A DNA stretch of 64,000 bases from Bacteroidota bacterium (lineage in GTDB: Bacteria; Bacteroidota; Bacteroidia; AKYH767-A; OLB10). This document shows positions 1 through 10,907 of this stretch, one piece after another. A program made the position numbers and the translations under genes. The first letter of the stretch is position 1. The number at the start of each line of letters is the position of its first letter. Location: NCBI GenBank assembly GCA_046073825.1, contig JBJTMY010000097.1:5270-69269 (forward strand), read 5' to 3'. The notes under the pieces were generated by a model that worked only from the letters and a program-made list of their open reading frames with translations, searched no databases and was not told where the DNA came from.

Positions 1-518
1 CAAATTCTTCTTTTATTGCAAATCCATTGGTGGTTAATTCCATGAATCCTTTGATCACGTTTACAGCAACAGCGCCAGGAAGTGATTGTATTTTTGATTT
101 TGGCGATGGGTCCATTGATAGTGCGTGCTACACACAACACAATTATCAAGACACAGGAACCTTTATCGTAAAATTCATTACCATCAATGCGGGAGGCTGC
201 TCCGACTCTTCCTTTGTAACTGTTGAAGTAAAAGATATTTATAACCTAACCCTTCCGAATGCATTTTCCCCTAACAATGATGGACTGAATGATGTGTTTG
301 AAATTTTCTCGAAAGGAGTACGTAATTTTGAGTTATGGGTTTTTAACAGAAGAGGCCAATTAGTGTGGAATACCACCAATACTGATGAAAAATGGAATGG
401 GAAGTATTTAAATCAATATGAAGATTGCCCTTCTGGTGTATATGTATATCGAGTTAGAACGAAGGACATGTACAACAAACATCATGAAGAAACCGGACAG
501 ATTACCATCATTCGATAA
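1..518 (+). CDS. 3' end of a large secreted protein: PKD-like Ig domain plus gliding-motility-associated C-terminal (CHU_C / T9SS type B) sorting domain; the 5' end lies outside the window
   Basis: The frame of ORF 27..518 stays open back to nt 3, so the gene is cut by the window edge. The C-terminal motif LPNAFSPNNDGLNDVF...GVYVYRV is the hallmark of the CHU_C/type B T9SS domain. Confidence 0.75.
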   Translation, partial: NSSFIANPLVVNSMNPLITFTATAPGSDCIFDFGDGSIDSACYTQHNYQDTGTFIVKFITINAGGCSDSSFVTVEVKDIYNLTLPNAFSPNNDGLNDVFEIFSKGVRNFELWVFNRRGQLVWNTTNTDEKWNGKYLNQYEDCPSGVYVYRVRTKDMYNKHHEETGQITIIR

Positions 519-554
519 CAAGAAAGGGACGAAAAAATATTCGTCCCTTTCTTG
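519..554. terminator. Bidirectional intrinsic terminator between convergent genes
   Basis: Perfect 14-bp stem caagaaagggacga / tcgtccctttcttg with an 8-nt loop, followed by TTTT. Confidence 0.7.
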
Positions 555-570
555 TTTTAATTATTTTTTA

Positions 571-1416
571 TCATCGTAATTGTATGATGTAATTATATCC
601 GTTGATGGTTACTTGCGCTAAATTATCGGGAGTACCATTGGGATATCCGTAGTTGATGTATCGAGTGAATTTACCTTGCGGTGTAAATGCTAATGTGCCA
701 TCGGTAATATGTCGATATCCTGTTTCTTTTTTCAGAGGAGCTACTGTATAAGCAGAATAAGTTGCGCCAGTATGAGTAACTCCACTTTGAGTACCACTAA
801 TCAGATACACATCATCCGTCCATATTTGAGTAGATTCCCCACTACTCCATTCTCGAACTCTATTTGATGTATAAGTACTTGTGCAAACACTTCCAAAATA
901 AGAAGCATCCCAGGTGATTGTTCCGTTTACGGTGATGGCATACTCCAAATTACCCTGATTATTTCGGCCTTTATTAACGACCGTTTTAGTGCCATCAATT
1001 TTATTGTTGTCAACATAATAATTATCAAAAGTAATCGTATGTGTACTTCCACTATCACGATAAAATCCTTGATAGGTAACAATGATTTTACCTCGTCTGT
1101 AATTCACATCATTACAAAGGCAATTCGTAGCTCCAAAATCGATAATAAAAGATTTAGGGCTAGAAGTAGTATCAAACGAAACAGAGGCGCAATTCGACAA
1201 ATACACTGGTGGACAAATAGATTTGTATGAGCTTACAGAACCTGTATAAGCTTCGTCAGCGATACTAACAACATCATTATAGGCGGCATCCGCCATGGCA
1301 TTTTCAATTGATGTGGAAGTATCATTGTCTGCTTCAATTTTGGGAGTTTCTTTTTTTCTGCATGCATGAAGTGAGATAACCACTAATACCAATGCAAGGG
1401 GACGAAAGAATTTCAT
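571..1416 (-). CDS. Hypothetical lipoprotein
   Basis: ORF 571..1437. The internal ATG at 1416 gives MKFFRPLALVLVVISLHAC, a signal peptide plus lipobox Cys. I recognised no family. Confidence 0.6.
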   Translation of the reverse strand: MKFFRPLALVLVVISLHACRKKETPKIEADNDTSTSIENAMADAAYNDVVSIADEAYTGSVSSYKSICPPVYLSNCASVSFDTTSSPKSFIIDFGATNCLCNDVNYRRGKIIVTYQGFYRDSGSTHTITFDNYYVDNNKIDGTKTVVNKGRNNQGNLEYAITVNGTITWDASYFGSVCTSTYTSNRVREWSSGESTQIWTDDVYLISGTQSGVTHTGATYSAYTVAPLKKETGYRHITDGTLAFTPQGKFTRYINYGYPNGTPDNLAQVTINGYNYIIQLR

Positions 1417-1571
1417 AAGGCCAATTGTATTTATCAATTCAAAACGAAAGTAAAAACTTTTTGTTGCCCACCGATATTTACGCTCTTTAAAACGGTAATT
1501 ATATACACTTTGGTGTTGATAAAATCGGGCATTAATGCACTAATGGGCCTCTTAATAGCGTTTCATAGCTG

Positions 1572-1579
1572 TAATTTTG
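1572..1579 (+). promoter_or_regulatory. Bacteroidota -7 promoter box (TAnnTTTG) for the TPR gene
   Basis: Exact TAATTTTG 24 nt upstream of ATG 1603. The GTG at 1591 used by the track would sit at or before the likely transcription start. Confidence 0.45.
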
Positions 1580-1602
1580 ACTTTCCATAGGTGTACCCGA
1601 AC

Positions 1603-4600
1603 ATGAAGCATAAACTTAAATTATTAATCTTAGTTGGACTACTTAGCTCTAACATTTCCTTTGCACAACATACTGAAATCTTTATAGAAGCCGATAGAGA
1701 TTACAAGACCGCACACGAGTTGTTTATCAAAGAAAAATACGGGGCTGCAATTGACTTATTTGATGCGTATGCAGCTTCTCCGAAAGGATCATTGCCTTTA
1801 AAAATCAACGCTGCTTATTACTCAGCTGTTTCTTCTTTTGAACTTTTTAATCCGGATGCTGAATCAAAACTTCAAACATTTATTGAGAAATATCCTGAAA
1901 GCACGAAAGCGCCCCTAGCATGGTTTTATCTTGGAAGAATGTACTATCGAACCAAACAATATGGTAAAGCACTTACTGCACTTGAAAAAGCAGATGTTTA
2001 TTACCTATCAGGAGATGAGGTTGCAGAATATTATTTTAAAACTGGCTATTGCTATTTTTCAAAAAACGATCAGGAGAAAGCATCTAAAAACTTTCATGAA
2101 ATACTTGAGGTCGAATCTAAATATCAAACCGCAGCTCAATATTACTATGGCCATATCGCCTACACGCAAAATAATTTTAATACAGCACTTGAGTATTTTA
2201 AAAAACTAGATTCTTCTGCTACGTTTGGACCATTAGTGCCTTATTACATTACGCAAATGTATTTTGAACAAGCAAAGTACAACGAGGTAATTAAGTATGG
2301 AACCGATATCCTTAGAAAATCAAATCCTCAAAATGCATCTGAAATTAATCGCATTGTTGCTGAATCATATTACAGAGCGGGTGATTACAAAAATGCGCTA
2401 ACGTATTTTGATACTTACCAATCAAGTGTTCCTGCAATAAATCGTGATGACCGCTACTCTATTGCTTATTGCGAATATAAAAATGGCGACTATAAAACTG
2501 CCGCCTCCAACTTTGAACGCGTAACAGAAGTAAATGACTCTTTAGGACAGAATGCGTATTATCATCTTGCGGATTGCTATTTGAAATCAAAAAACAAACA
2601 AGCAGCGAGAAATGCATTTCAATTTGCTGGTAAGAATACTTTTGATGCAAGCATTAGCGAATCATCGCAATTTAACTACGCAAAACTATCTTATGAATTA
2701 GGTTTTCAGCCTGTAGCTTTAAATGCATTTAGAAACTTCTTGGTCAACTACCCTAACTCTAAATATGCTGATGAATCAAATGAGTTAATTGCGGTTCTTT
2801 ATTTGAATACCAGAAACTATAAGGATGCATTAACAGCTTTAGATAACATCAAAATAAAAACCACTCGCTCAAAAACAGCTTACCAAAAAGTAGCTTACTA
2901 CAGAGGCGTTGAATTATTTAATGATGGTTACCTGGACAATTCCATTTCGATGTTTGAGAAAGCCATTGTAAATGATATTGATCAAAATTTACGTGCGTTA
3001 GCAATGTATTGGAAAGCAGAGGCGCTTTATAAAGGAAATAAGTTTGATGCAGCGGTAAAGCAATATCGGATTTTTATTTTTAATCCAGCATCAGTGAATA
3101 CTGAATTTTACGAGTTAGCACATTACAATTTAGGATATGCCTACTTTAAAAATGCAGAATACAATGATGCGTCCACATGGTTTAGAAAATATTTAACAAA
3201 GAAAGGGGAAGTATCTAAATCAACATTTGATGATTGTTTGTTAAGAACAGGTGACTGCTTTTATGTAACTCGTGAATTTGAAACGGCATTACCGTATTAT
3301 CAGCAGGCTATCGATAACCAGGCTGCTTCCAGCGACTATGCATTATTTCAGAAAGGGATTTTACAAGGTCTTTTAGGCGATGTTGATGGTAAAACAACAA
3401 CTATGAATACCCTGTTGACGCAATATCCGAAATCAAAATTCAAAGCAGACGGATTATATGAAAAAGGAAAAGCGCAAATGACATTGGGCAATTCAAATGA
3501 GGCTAAAAAATTGTTTAACGACTTATTGAGTGAATTTCCCAATAGCGTGTATGCTAAAAAAGCACAATTGAATATTGGTTTAATTTGTTTTAACAACAAT
3601 GAAGATGATGATGCATTGGGTATTTTCAAAAAAGTAGTAAGTAATTATCCAGGATCTCCAGAAGCAGCAGAAGCCTTGGCAACAATTAAAAGTATTTACA
3701 TTTCGAATGGAACTCCAGATAAATACTTTGAATATGCGAAAACAGTTTCCAATGTAAGTATCAGTGAAGGCGCACAAGATTCGATTACTTACGAAGCAGC
3801 AGAACAACAATATTTAAATCAAAAGTTTGATGAAGCAAAGGCTTCTATGACAAAATATCTATCGCAATTTAGCAATGGCATTTTTAAATTAAATGCGACT
3901 TTCTACATAGCAGAATGTGATTATCGCGCGAATAAATTAAATGAAGCATTAATTGGTTATGAAACCATTGTTGACCAACCTAAAAATATTTTTTCAGAAA
4001 AGTCATTGCTAAAGGCCGGCAATATCAATTATAAAAATAAGTCGTACGAAAAAGCCATTGCTCATTACGTAAAACTAGAACAAACTGCCGATTTACGAGA
4101 CAATATCATTTATGCTCAAACAGGATTGATGCGTAGTTATTTTAAAAACAAGATGTATGATCAATCCATTCTGTATGCTCAAAAATTATTATCATCCGAC
4201 AAAGTATCTAATGAAATTATTGCAGAAGCGCATATTACTAATGGTCGTTGTGCACTCTTAACAGATGATTATAATACGGCTAAAAAAGAGTTTCAGTTAA
4301 CCTATAAACAAAGTAGTGCAGTAGGAGCTGAATCGCGTTATAACCTTGCGCTGATAGAATTTAAACAAAACAATTTTAAAACTTCTCAAGCCAAATGTTT
4401 TGAAATCATTAACGAAGTTCCTTCTTATGATTATTGGATTGGAAAATCATTCATCCTCTTAGCAGATAATTATGTGGCTTTAAAAGACACCTTTCAAGCA
4501 AAGCAAACATTGCAAAGTATAATCGACAATTTTGAAGTAGATCCTTCCGACCCTGAAGACATTAAAGCGTTAGCCACTTCACGCTTTAATGAGATAGACG

Positions 4601-4674
4601 CGAATGGAAGCAAGGACCTAATGAAGCCCGAAGAGCCCAAAGAACAAGAAACAGATATTAATAACGCCAAATAA
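1603..4674 (+). CDS. Large secreted tetratricopeptide-repeat protein (about 1020 aa, BamD/YbgF-like TPR units)
   Basis: Signal peptide MKHKLKLLILVGLLSSNISFAQ, followed by many repeats of the A..Y..G.CY....Y..A...F type along the whole length. Confidence 0.8.
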   Translation: MKHKLKLLILVGLLSSNISFAQHTEIFIEADRDYKTAHELFIKEKYGAAIDLFDAYAASPKGSLPLKINAAYYSAVSSFELFNPDAESKLQTFIEKYPESTKAPLAWFYLGRMYYRTKQYGKALTALEKADVYYLSGDEVAEYYFKTGYCYFSKNDQEKASKNFHEILEVESKYQTAAQYYYGHIAYTQNNFNTALEYFKKLDSSATFGPLVPYYITQMYFEQAKYNEVIKYGTDILRKSNPQNASEINRIVAESYYRAGDYKNALTYFDTYQSSVPAINRDDRYSIAYCEYKNGDYKTAASNFERVTEVNDSLGQNAYYHLADCYLKSKNKQAARNAFQFAGKNTFDASISESSQFNYAKLSYELGFQPVALNAFRNFLVNYPNSKYADESNELIAVLYLNTRNYKDALTALDNIKIKTTRSKTAYQKVAYYRGVELFNDGYLDNSISMFEKAIVNDIDQNLRALAMYWKAEALYKGNKFDAAVKQYRIFIFNPASVNTEFYELAHYNLGYAYFKNAEYNDASTWFRKYLTKKGEVSKSTFDDCLLRTGDCFYVTREFETALPYYQQAIDNQAASSDYALFQKGILQGLLGDVDGKTTTMNTLLTQYPKSKFKADGLYEKGKAQMTLGNSNEAKKLFNDLLSEFPNSVYAKKAQLNIGLICFNNNEDDDALGIFKKVVSNYPGSPEAAEALATIKSIYISNGTPDKYFEYAKTVSNVSISEGAQDSITYEAAEQQYLNQKFDEAKASMTKYLSQFSNGIFKLNATFYIAECDYRANKLNEALIGYETIVDQPKNIFSEKSLLKAGNINYKNKSYEKAIAHYVKLEQTADLRDNIIYAQTGLMRSYFKNKMYDQSILYAQKLLSSDKVSNEIIAEAHITNGRCALLTDDYNTAKKEFQLTYKQSSAVGAESRYNLALIEFKQNNFKTSQAKCFEIINEVPSYDYWIGKSFILLADNYVALKDTFQAKQTLQSIIDNFEVDPSDPEDIKALATSRFNEIDANGSKDLMKPEEPKEQETDINNAK

Positions 4675-4694
4675 CTTTATTGCTTTTAAGAAAC

Positions 4695-6437
4695 ATGAAT
4701 ATGATCCGTTTAAATTATACAGCAGTTGTCAATTATTTTATAATTGCAGCTGCATCCATCCTGATAGCTAGCTCAGCAAATGCGCAAACTGTACCAGACA
4801 GCACAAAAGGCGGAACTAAAAATTTAGGGAACGAAGACATCAATGTTTACAAGGAATACACCCCTGTATTAAATGATGCATTCAAAATTAACATTACTCC
4901 GGTTGGTGACACATCTATTTTTAATCCCCCTACACTCACCTATACCATCGACCCTAAACCGATGAATTCGAATTATAATCTTTCGCCTATCAAACCTGTA
5001 AAAATTAAAGACGATAACATAAAAAAACTATATAAGGGTTTTATTAAAGCTGGTTATGGATTACAAAATTTACCAATGGTAGATTTATATTTCAACTCCT
5101 TACGATCAAAAGAATTTAATGCTGGTGTGCGCTACAATCACTTGTCGAGTACCGGTGGCATTACCGATTATGGAAACCCATCTAATAACCATGATGCACT
5201 AAACGCAACGGGTATCCGCTATTTTGACAAATTGAACCTAACTACCGACATAGGATTTAAAAGAGACTTAGTTCATTATTATGGATACAAAGCGCCCGAC
5301 TTGTTTTCTAAAGCAGAAACTAAACATGTGTTGCAAGATGTAAATGCCTCATTAGGGATACAAACAAAGAAAAAAACAGATGAATCAATCGGGTTTAATG
5401 GTGGAGTTGCATTCTATACGTTCTCTGACAATTTGCAATCATCAGAAAATAATTTTACGATAAAAGCAGGTGCGGAAAAAACAGGTAACAAAGGCAATGC
5501 AACGTTAGATGTTTCGTATGATGCAGGTAAATATAATTTAGATACATTAGATTTTACGAGAAACATCTTTCGTATCATGCCTCGATTAAATATTAATAAA
5601 AACTTGGCCGCATTTACTTTGGGAGCTAATCTAGTTGGAGAAACTGAAAACAATATTGGCGCATTTCGCATCTACCCATTCGCAGTGGGAACCTATCATT
5701 TAATACCTGAAACTTTTACAGTTTATGGTAAAGTGAGTGGCGATTTACAACGAAATGATCTGCGTTCATTCGCTAATCAAAATCCGTTTTTCGGCAAATA
5801 TCTTTTCTTGCAAAATACCAATAACAAAATTGCATTTGAAGCAGGAGCTAAAATCAAACTGGAACACAATCTTTTATTAACTGCATCGGCTTCTTATTCC
5901 GATTTATCAAACATGCCTTTCTTTTACAACACAGTTGATACCGTTAGTGTAGGAAAGCTTCATGACGCGCCAACAAGCTTTAATGTTCAGTATGATAACG
6001 TAAAGTATATCAAAGCGAATGCAGCTATTGAGTATAAGTTTGAAGAAAAAACGGCTGTAGGCGTTTCAGTAGAATACAACAATTACCAAACAGACAAACT
6101 TGCTAAGCCTCTTTACACACCGGCAATTCGTGCTGGCCTTCATGGGTCCTATGCAATTGCAGAAAAAATATTTGCAAAGGCAGATGTGTTTTATATTGGG
6201 GAATCAAATGGGTTAAGCTATGACATTGACTCTTCAAAAGCGACTCATCAGTTAATCACCAACAATATTAAACTGAAAGGATACGTAGATGCAAACCTTA
6301 CAGTTGACTACCGTTATACGAAGCTACTTTCCGTTTTTATTAGTTTAAACAATGTTGGATTTACGCGCTATTTCCGTTACTACAATTATCCCAACTATCG
6401 TTTTGTTGGCATGGCTGGATTAACCTATTCCTTTTAA
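4695..6437 (+). CDS. Putative outer-membrane beta-barrel (Bacteroidota 'putative porin'-like)
   Basis: Signal peptide ending ANAQ, alternating beta-strand pattern, aromatic C-terminus ...GLTYSF. Starts about 20 nt after the TPR gene stop. The track start at 4680 is a TTG; ATGs occur at 4695 and 4701. Confidence 0.65.
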   Translation: MNMIRLNYTAVVNYFIIAAASILIASSANAQTVPDSTKGGTKNLGNEDINVYKEYTPVLNDAFKINITPVGDTSIFNPPTLTYTIDPKPMNSNYNLSPIKPVKIKDDNIKKLYKGFIKAGYGLQNLPMVDLYFNSLRSKEFNAGVRYNHLSSTGGITDYGNPSNNHDALNATGIRYFDKLNLTTDIGFKRDLVHYYGYKAPDLFSKAETKHVLQDVNASLGIQTKKKTDESIGFNGGVAFYTFSDNLQSSENNFTIKAGAEKTGNKGNATLDVSYDAGKYNLDTLDFTRNIFRIMPRLNINKNLAAFTLGANLVGETENNIGAFRIYPFAVGTYHLIPETFTVYGKVSGDLQRNDLRSFANQNPFFGKYLFLQNTNNKIAFEAGAKIKLEHNLLLTASASYSDLSNMPFFYNTVDTVSVGKLHDAPTSFNVQYDNVKYIKANAAIEYKFEEKTAVGVSVEYNNYQTDKLAKPLYTPAIRAGLHGSYAIAEKIFAKADVFYIGESNGLSYDIDSSKATHQLITNNIKLKGYVDANLTVDYRYTKLLSVFISLNNVGFTRYFRYYNYPNYRFVGMAGLTYSF

Positions 6438-6454
6438 TTAAAAAATCATTAGTA

Positions 6455-6484
6455 AAAAGTCCTGTAGCAATGCAGGACTTTTTT
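6455..6484 (+). terminator. Intrinsic terminator after the porin-like gene
   Basis: Stem aaaagtcctg(ta)/(tg)caggactttt with a GCAA tetraloop, then a T-run. Confidence 0.7.
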
Positions 6485-6507
6485 ATTTTTAGATAAAACA
6501 TCAACTA

Positions 6508-6753
6508 ATGAAATTCGGAATTCGCATCCCTAATTTAAATAAACGCATCGCAGCTCGCACCTCAGTTAAAAGGATTATTCGTCATAGCTTAGGACTTAAA
6601 GCACCAAGAGGATGGGGATGGCTGACCAATCCGAAAAAAGCAGCTTACAACAGAATATACAACCGTACTACTGTTGGTAGTGGCTGTATGATAACATTCT
6701 TCTCTCTTGTCAGCTTATTATTTTTTTTCTTGATTTTAATTTATTGGATATAA
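6508..6753 (+). CDS. Small basic tail-anchored membrane protein (81 aa), unknown function
   Basis: ATG start, flanked by terminators on both sides. The N-terminal half is basic (…NPKKAAYNRIYNRTTVG) and there is one C-terminal TM helix. Confidence 0.45.
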   Translation: MKFGIRIPNLNKRIAARTSVKRIIRHSLGLKAPRGWGWLTNPKKAAYNRIYNRTTVGSGCMITFFSLVSLLFFFLILIYWI

Positions 6754-6755
6754 AA

Positions 6756-6781
6756 AAAGGTACACCAGACGATGTACCTTT
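6756..6781. terminator. Hairpin terminator, best for the minus-strand acyl-CoA dehydrogenase gene
   Basis: Stem aaaggtaca / tgtaccttt. On the minus strand it is followed by a T7 run. Confidence 0.65.
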
Positions 6782-6798
6782 CAAATGAATTTAATTTT

Positions 6799-7941
6799 TT
6801 AAGCAGTAAGAATATTACGTGCAATCACTAATTTCTGAATTTCAGAAGTTCCTTCGCCAATGGTGCATAACTTAGAATCACGATAGAATTTTTCTACAGG
6901 GAAGTCTTTGGTATATCCATACCCGCCAAAAATCTGAACTGCTTCCGTAGAACATTTTACAGCTACCTCGCTAGCATAGTATTTTGCAAATGCCGATTGC
7001 TTCGTCATTTTTTCTCCACGATTTTTTAAATCTGCGGCTTGCAATGTCAACAATTCTGCTGCTTCAATTTGTGTTGCCATATCTGCTAACTTAAACGAAA
7101 TAGCTTGAAAGTTGGCAATAGGTTGTCCGAATTGTTGACGCTCTTGCGAATATTTAACAGATGCATCAAAAGCACCTTTTGCAATACCTAAACTTAATGC
7201 AGCAATAGATATACGACCACCATCAAGAATTTTCATTGCTTGCTTAAATCCATCACCTACTTTACCTAAAACCTGACTTTGATGAACACGACAATCTTCG
7301 AAAATCATTTCTGCTGTTTCAGATGCACGCATTCCAAGTTTGTTTTCTTTCTTACCAGCATTAAATCCTGGAGTTCCTCTTTCCACAACAAATGCCGTAA
7401 TTCCATTTGAATCCAGCAACTCTCCAGTGCGAGCTAAAACAACAGCTACATCGCCTGAAATTCCATGAGTAATCCAATTTTTTGAACCATTAATAACCCA
7501 ATAGTCGCCGTCTTGCTTCGCCACACAACGCATACGCATGGCATCTGAACCTGTATTGGCTTCTGTTAATCCCCAAGCTCCGATAAATTCTGCAGTAGCT
7601 AACTTCGGAAGGTATTTCTTCTTCTGCTCTTCATTACCAAATGTTAAAATATGTCCTGTGCATAAAGAGTTATGCGCTGCCATCGACAATCCGATTGATC
7701 CACAAACGCGAGCCAACTCTTGAATCGCTGTTACGTATTCAAAATATCCTAACCCGGCTCCACCATATTCTTCTGGTACCAAAACTCCCATAAGACCTAA
7801 GTCGCCTAACTTTTTAAAAATATCAATAGGGAAAGTCTGTGACTCATCCCAGTCCATAAGGTAAGGGCGAATATTTTTCTCTGCAAAATCACGCACGGTT
7901 TGCGCAATCATTTCTTGGTTCTCTGTCGATTTAAATTCCAT
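6799..7941 (-). CDS. Acyl-CoA dehydrogenase (short/medium-chain type)
   Basis: 380 aa with typical ACAD motifs ([27 protein letters not shown]). Confidence 0.9.
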   Translation of the reverse strand: MEFKSTENQEMIAQTVRDFAEKNIRPYLMDWDESQTFPIDIFKKLGDLGLMGVLVPEEYGGAGLGYFEYVTAIQELARVCGSIGLSMAAHNSLCTGHILTFGNEEQKKKYLPKLATAEFIGAWGLTEANTGSDAMRMRCVAKQDGDYWVINGSKNWITHGISGDVAVVLARTGELLDSNGITAFVVERGTPGFNAGKKENKLGMRASETAEMIFEDCRVHQSQVLGKVGDGFKQAMKILDGGRISIAALSLGIAKGAFDASVKYSQERQQFGQPIANFQAISFKLADMATQIEAAELLTLQAADLKNRGEKMTKQSAFAKYYASEVAVKCSTEAVQIFGGYGYTKDFPVEKFYRDSKLCTIGEGTSEIQKLVIARNILTA

Positions 7942-7943
7942 GA

Positions 7944-8843
7944 TTATGGCGTTACTGTTAAATAAGGTGCAATTTTACGCATGATTTTGTCATCATACAA
8001 GGGCAAAACGCTCAAGTCTTCAATTCGTTGATAATTTCCGTGTTGTTGTCGATAACTAACGATCATTTTTGCCATATTCTTAGGTAAATAAGGATGGAAT
8101 AAAGAATCTGAGTTAATATTCAGGCTTTTCAAAACCTTTCCATCGGTATAAATTCTAGCTTGTATGGCTTTCAAAACAGAGTCTGGCAAGCACTTCACTT
8201 CCGTCAATTGATCTAAACTAATATACCCTCCCAAACGCATTCGATAAGCAACGATGGCTTTTGCACGTCCTTCACCAATAAGTGGCAACGCATCCAATTC
8301 ATCCGTAGTTGCAACATTGATGTTTAATTTTGGCGGACTTAAATTAATAAAGCTGTCTTTTTTATGAAACACCGTTAATGCTTTAATTTCATTGTCTGGA
8401 AGCTGGATATGTTTCCACCATTTTATCAATAACTGCTCGTGAATCATTCTCATTTTTTTCAAATCTTGCTTTGTCTTAAACCGTCCTCCTTTAGCAATGT
8501 ATTTTAATATGGCTTGGGCTTGTTTTTCCGTTAATCCTAACGCCATCCAATCAGAAAGTTGGATGGTATTAGGATCAAATTGAAAAAGATCAAAATTTGT
8601 CTTATCATTTTTGGAATGAACGAATGTATTCTTCGGATGGTGTTTATATTCTTCCACCTTCGATAAAGTATCCTCCACCACGTAATCATTTGGAGAAATT
8701 CCATTTAGCGGGACAAAATGCATAGCCAATAAAAACAACTGCTGAAAAACGATAAAAATTAAAAGCACAACAATGGCACGTTGCTCTTTAACAGTATATG
8801 TAAAATAGGATTTAAATAAATACTTCCATTTGTTTAATCGCAT
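7944..8843 (-). CDS. ComEA-like helix-hairpin-helix DNA-binding membrane protein
   Basis: N-terminal TM helix and repeated HhH units ([28 protein letters not shown]...). The start is moved to ATG 8843 because a -7 box covers the track start at 8861. Confidence 0.75.
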   Translation of the reverse strand: MRLNKWKYLFKSYFTYTVKEQRAIVVLLIFIVFQQLFLLAMHFVPLNGISPNDYVVEDTLSKVEEYKHHPKNTFVHSKNDKTNFDLFQFDPNTIQLSDWMALGLTEKQAQAILKYIAKGGRFKTKQDLKKMRMIHEQLLIKWWKHIQLPDNEIKALTVFHKKDSFINLSPPKLNINVATTDELDALPLIGEGRAKAIVAYRMRLGGYISLDQLTEVKCLPDSVLKAIQARIYTDGKVLKSLNINSDSLFHPYLPKNMAKMIVSYRQQHGNYQRIEDLSVLPLYDDKIMRKIAPYLTVTP

Positions 8844-8858
8844 TACTTGAATTTTGTT

Positions 8859-8866
8859 CAAATATA
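8859..8866 (-). promoter_or_regulatory. -7 promoter box (TATATTTG on the minus strand)
   Basis: Plus-strand CAAATATA, 15 nt upstream of ATG 8843. Confidence 0.4.
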
Positions 8867-8959
8867 TATTGCGAATAAAAAAAGAATCGGTTGATAAGTA
8901 CTTATTGTCGTTTACAAACGATTAATTCAAATTAACAGTTAGGATTTACTGCTGCTTGA

Positions 8960-9784
8960 TTAAATAAGTCCTGCTTCTGCCAAAAGCAATTCCATTTCAT
9001 ATTGTACCTTTTTGGCTTCTACTCCTGCTTTATCAGCAAAATCCAAATCATTGCTCGCATAAATAATCTGCCGAGAAGAGTTAACTAACAATCCACATTG
9101 ATCATTAAACCCTGCTTTTGAAATTGCTTTCAAATCTCCACCTTGAGCTCCAACACCAGGCACTAAAAAAAAGTAAGCAGGCGCTATAGAACGAACATGC
9201 GCAAATTGTTCTGCTCGAGTAGCCCCTACAACAAACATTATCTGTTCTTCATTACCCCACGACTGCACAGAACGCATTACATTTTCATATAACGGTGTAT
9301 TAGATTCAACCATAGTCGATGTCTGAAAATCATTAGCACCTTCGTTGGATGTCAAAGCTAAAACGATCACCCACTTATTTTCAAAATTTAAAAATGGTAT
9401 CACAGAATCCTTTCCCATGTAAGGAGCAACAGTTACTGCATCCGCTTTTAATTCATTAAAAAAAGCCTTAGCATATAACGCCGACGTATTACCGATATCT
9501 CCTCTTTTTGCATCTGCTATTATTAAGCAATCATTAGGAATATATTCAATAGTTTTCTTCAAACTCTCCCACCCTTTTATTCCTAAAGCCTCATAAAAAG
9601 CAAGATTGGGTTTATAAGCTACGCAATAATCTTTGGTGGCCTCAATTATTGCTTTATTAAACTCAAATACTGGATCATCCGAGGCAAGAAGATGCGAAGG
9701 AATTTTATCTATATCCGTATCTAAACCAACGCACAAGTACGACTTTTTCTTTTTTATCTGTTGAAATAAAGCTAAACGATTCAT
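8960..9784 (-). CDS. pyrF: Orotidine-5'-phosphate decarboxylase (type 2)
   Basis: Motifs LCVGLDTD and [11 protein letters not shown]; 274 aa. Confidence 0.9.
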   Translation of the reverse strand: MNRLALFQQIKKKKSYLCVGLDTDIDKIPSHLLASDDPVFEFNKAIIEATKDYCVAYKPNLAFYEALGIKGWESLKKTIEYIPNDCLIIADAKRGDIGNTSALYAKAFFNELKADAVTVAPYMGKDSVIPFLNFENKWVIVLALTSNEGANDFQTSTMVESNTPLYENVMRSVQSWGNEEQIMFVVGATRAEQFAHVRSIAPAYFFLVPGVGAQGGDLKAISKAGFNDQCGLLVNSSRQIIYASNDLDFADKAGVEAKKVQYEMELLLAEAGLI

Positions 9785-9788
9785 ACTA

Positions 9789-10883
9789 TTAATTCATCAT
9801 GGTTTCTTCTTTCATCTTCTCGGTATTCTCAGCAAACTGCAATGCATCAATAAACTCTTGTATATCGCCATTCATAATTGCGGATAAATTATGACTTGTA
9901 TAACTGATGCGATGATCTGTCACTCTACTTTGAGGATAATTATATGTTCGGATTTTTGCAGATCGATCGCCCGTAGAGACCAATGTTTTACGGCGACTGG
10001 AAACTTCATTCATTCTTTTATTCACTTCCATTTCGTATAGGCGAGACCGTAACATTTGCATGGCACGTTCACGATTACCATGCTGTGAACGTTCTATCTG
10101 ACAGGTAACAACAATTCCTGTTGGCTTATGCGTCAACTGCACTTTGGTCTCCACTTTATTTACATTTTGTCCACCTGCTCCACCTGAACGCGAAGTTTGA
10201 AGTTCAAGATCGGCTGGGTTAATTTCAATTTCATCAAACTCATCAGCCTCTGGCAAAACTACTACGGTTGCAGCAGATGTATGTATCCTTCCTTGTGTTT
10301 CCGTTAATGGCACGCGTTGCACTCGGTGTACTCCACTTTCATATTTTAAAACTCCATAAGCTCCGGGTACGTTAATCTCCATCACAATTTCTTTATACCC
10401 TCCGGTATTCCCTTCATTAAAATCCACCACTTCGTACTTCCACCCTCGTTGCTCACAATAACGCTGGTACATTCGTGCCAAATCTCCTGCGAATATACTC
10501 GCCTCATCACCACCTGTACCAGCACGTACTTCTAGAATAGCAGCTTTGCTGTCTTCAGGATCTTTTGGAATCATTAACATTTGAATATGCTCATCCAACT
10601 TTTCTAATTCAGGCTCTAGCGCGTCTAACTCTGCCTTTGCCATTGCACGAAAATCTTCGTCTTTGTCGTTTGCTAAAACCTCTTTCGCTTCTTCAATATT
10701 TTTAATTAATCCACGAAACTTAACGGTTGCTTCTACAATATCCTGTAAATCTTTATACGCTTTATTTAACTGCTGAAATTTCTTTTGGTCGGCAATAACA
10801 GAAGGATCACTTAACTGCGTTCCGTAATCATGATACCTTGCTTCTAAAGCTTCTAGCTTTTCCAACATTCCTTCTTTTGACAT
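9789..10883 (-). CDS. prfA: Peptide chain release factor 1
   Basis: GGQ motif ([16 protein letters not shown]) and an RF1-type domain ([21 protein letters not shown]). The frame is uninterrupted. Confidence 0.95.
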   Translation of the reverse strand: MSKEGMLEKLEALEARYHDYGTQLSDPSVIADQKKFQQLNKAYKDLQDIVEATVKFRGLIKNIEEAKEVLANDKDEDFRAMAKAELDALEPELEKLDEHIQMLMIPKDPEDSKAAILEVRAGTGGDEASIFAGDLARMYQRYCEQRGWKYEVVDFNEGNTGGYKEIVMEINVPGAYGVLKYESGVHRVQRVPLTETQGRIHTSAATVVVLPEADEFDEIEINPADLELQTSRSGGAGGQNVNKVETKVQLTHKPTGIVVTCQIERSQHGNRERAMQMLRSRLYEMEVNKRMNEVSSRRKTLVSTGDRSAKIRTYNYPQSRVTDHRISYTSHNLSAIMNGDIQEFIDALQFAENTEKMKEETMMN

Positions 10884-10907
10884 ATCCTTGTTCTTCCTAT
10901 AATTTAA

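Noticed and set aside
9789-10883. Possible programmed frameshift in the release-factor gene
   Set aside because: The ORF is a continuous 364-aa RF1. The +1 frameshift is a feature of prfB (RF2), not prfA.
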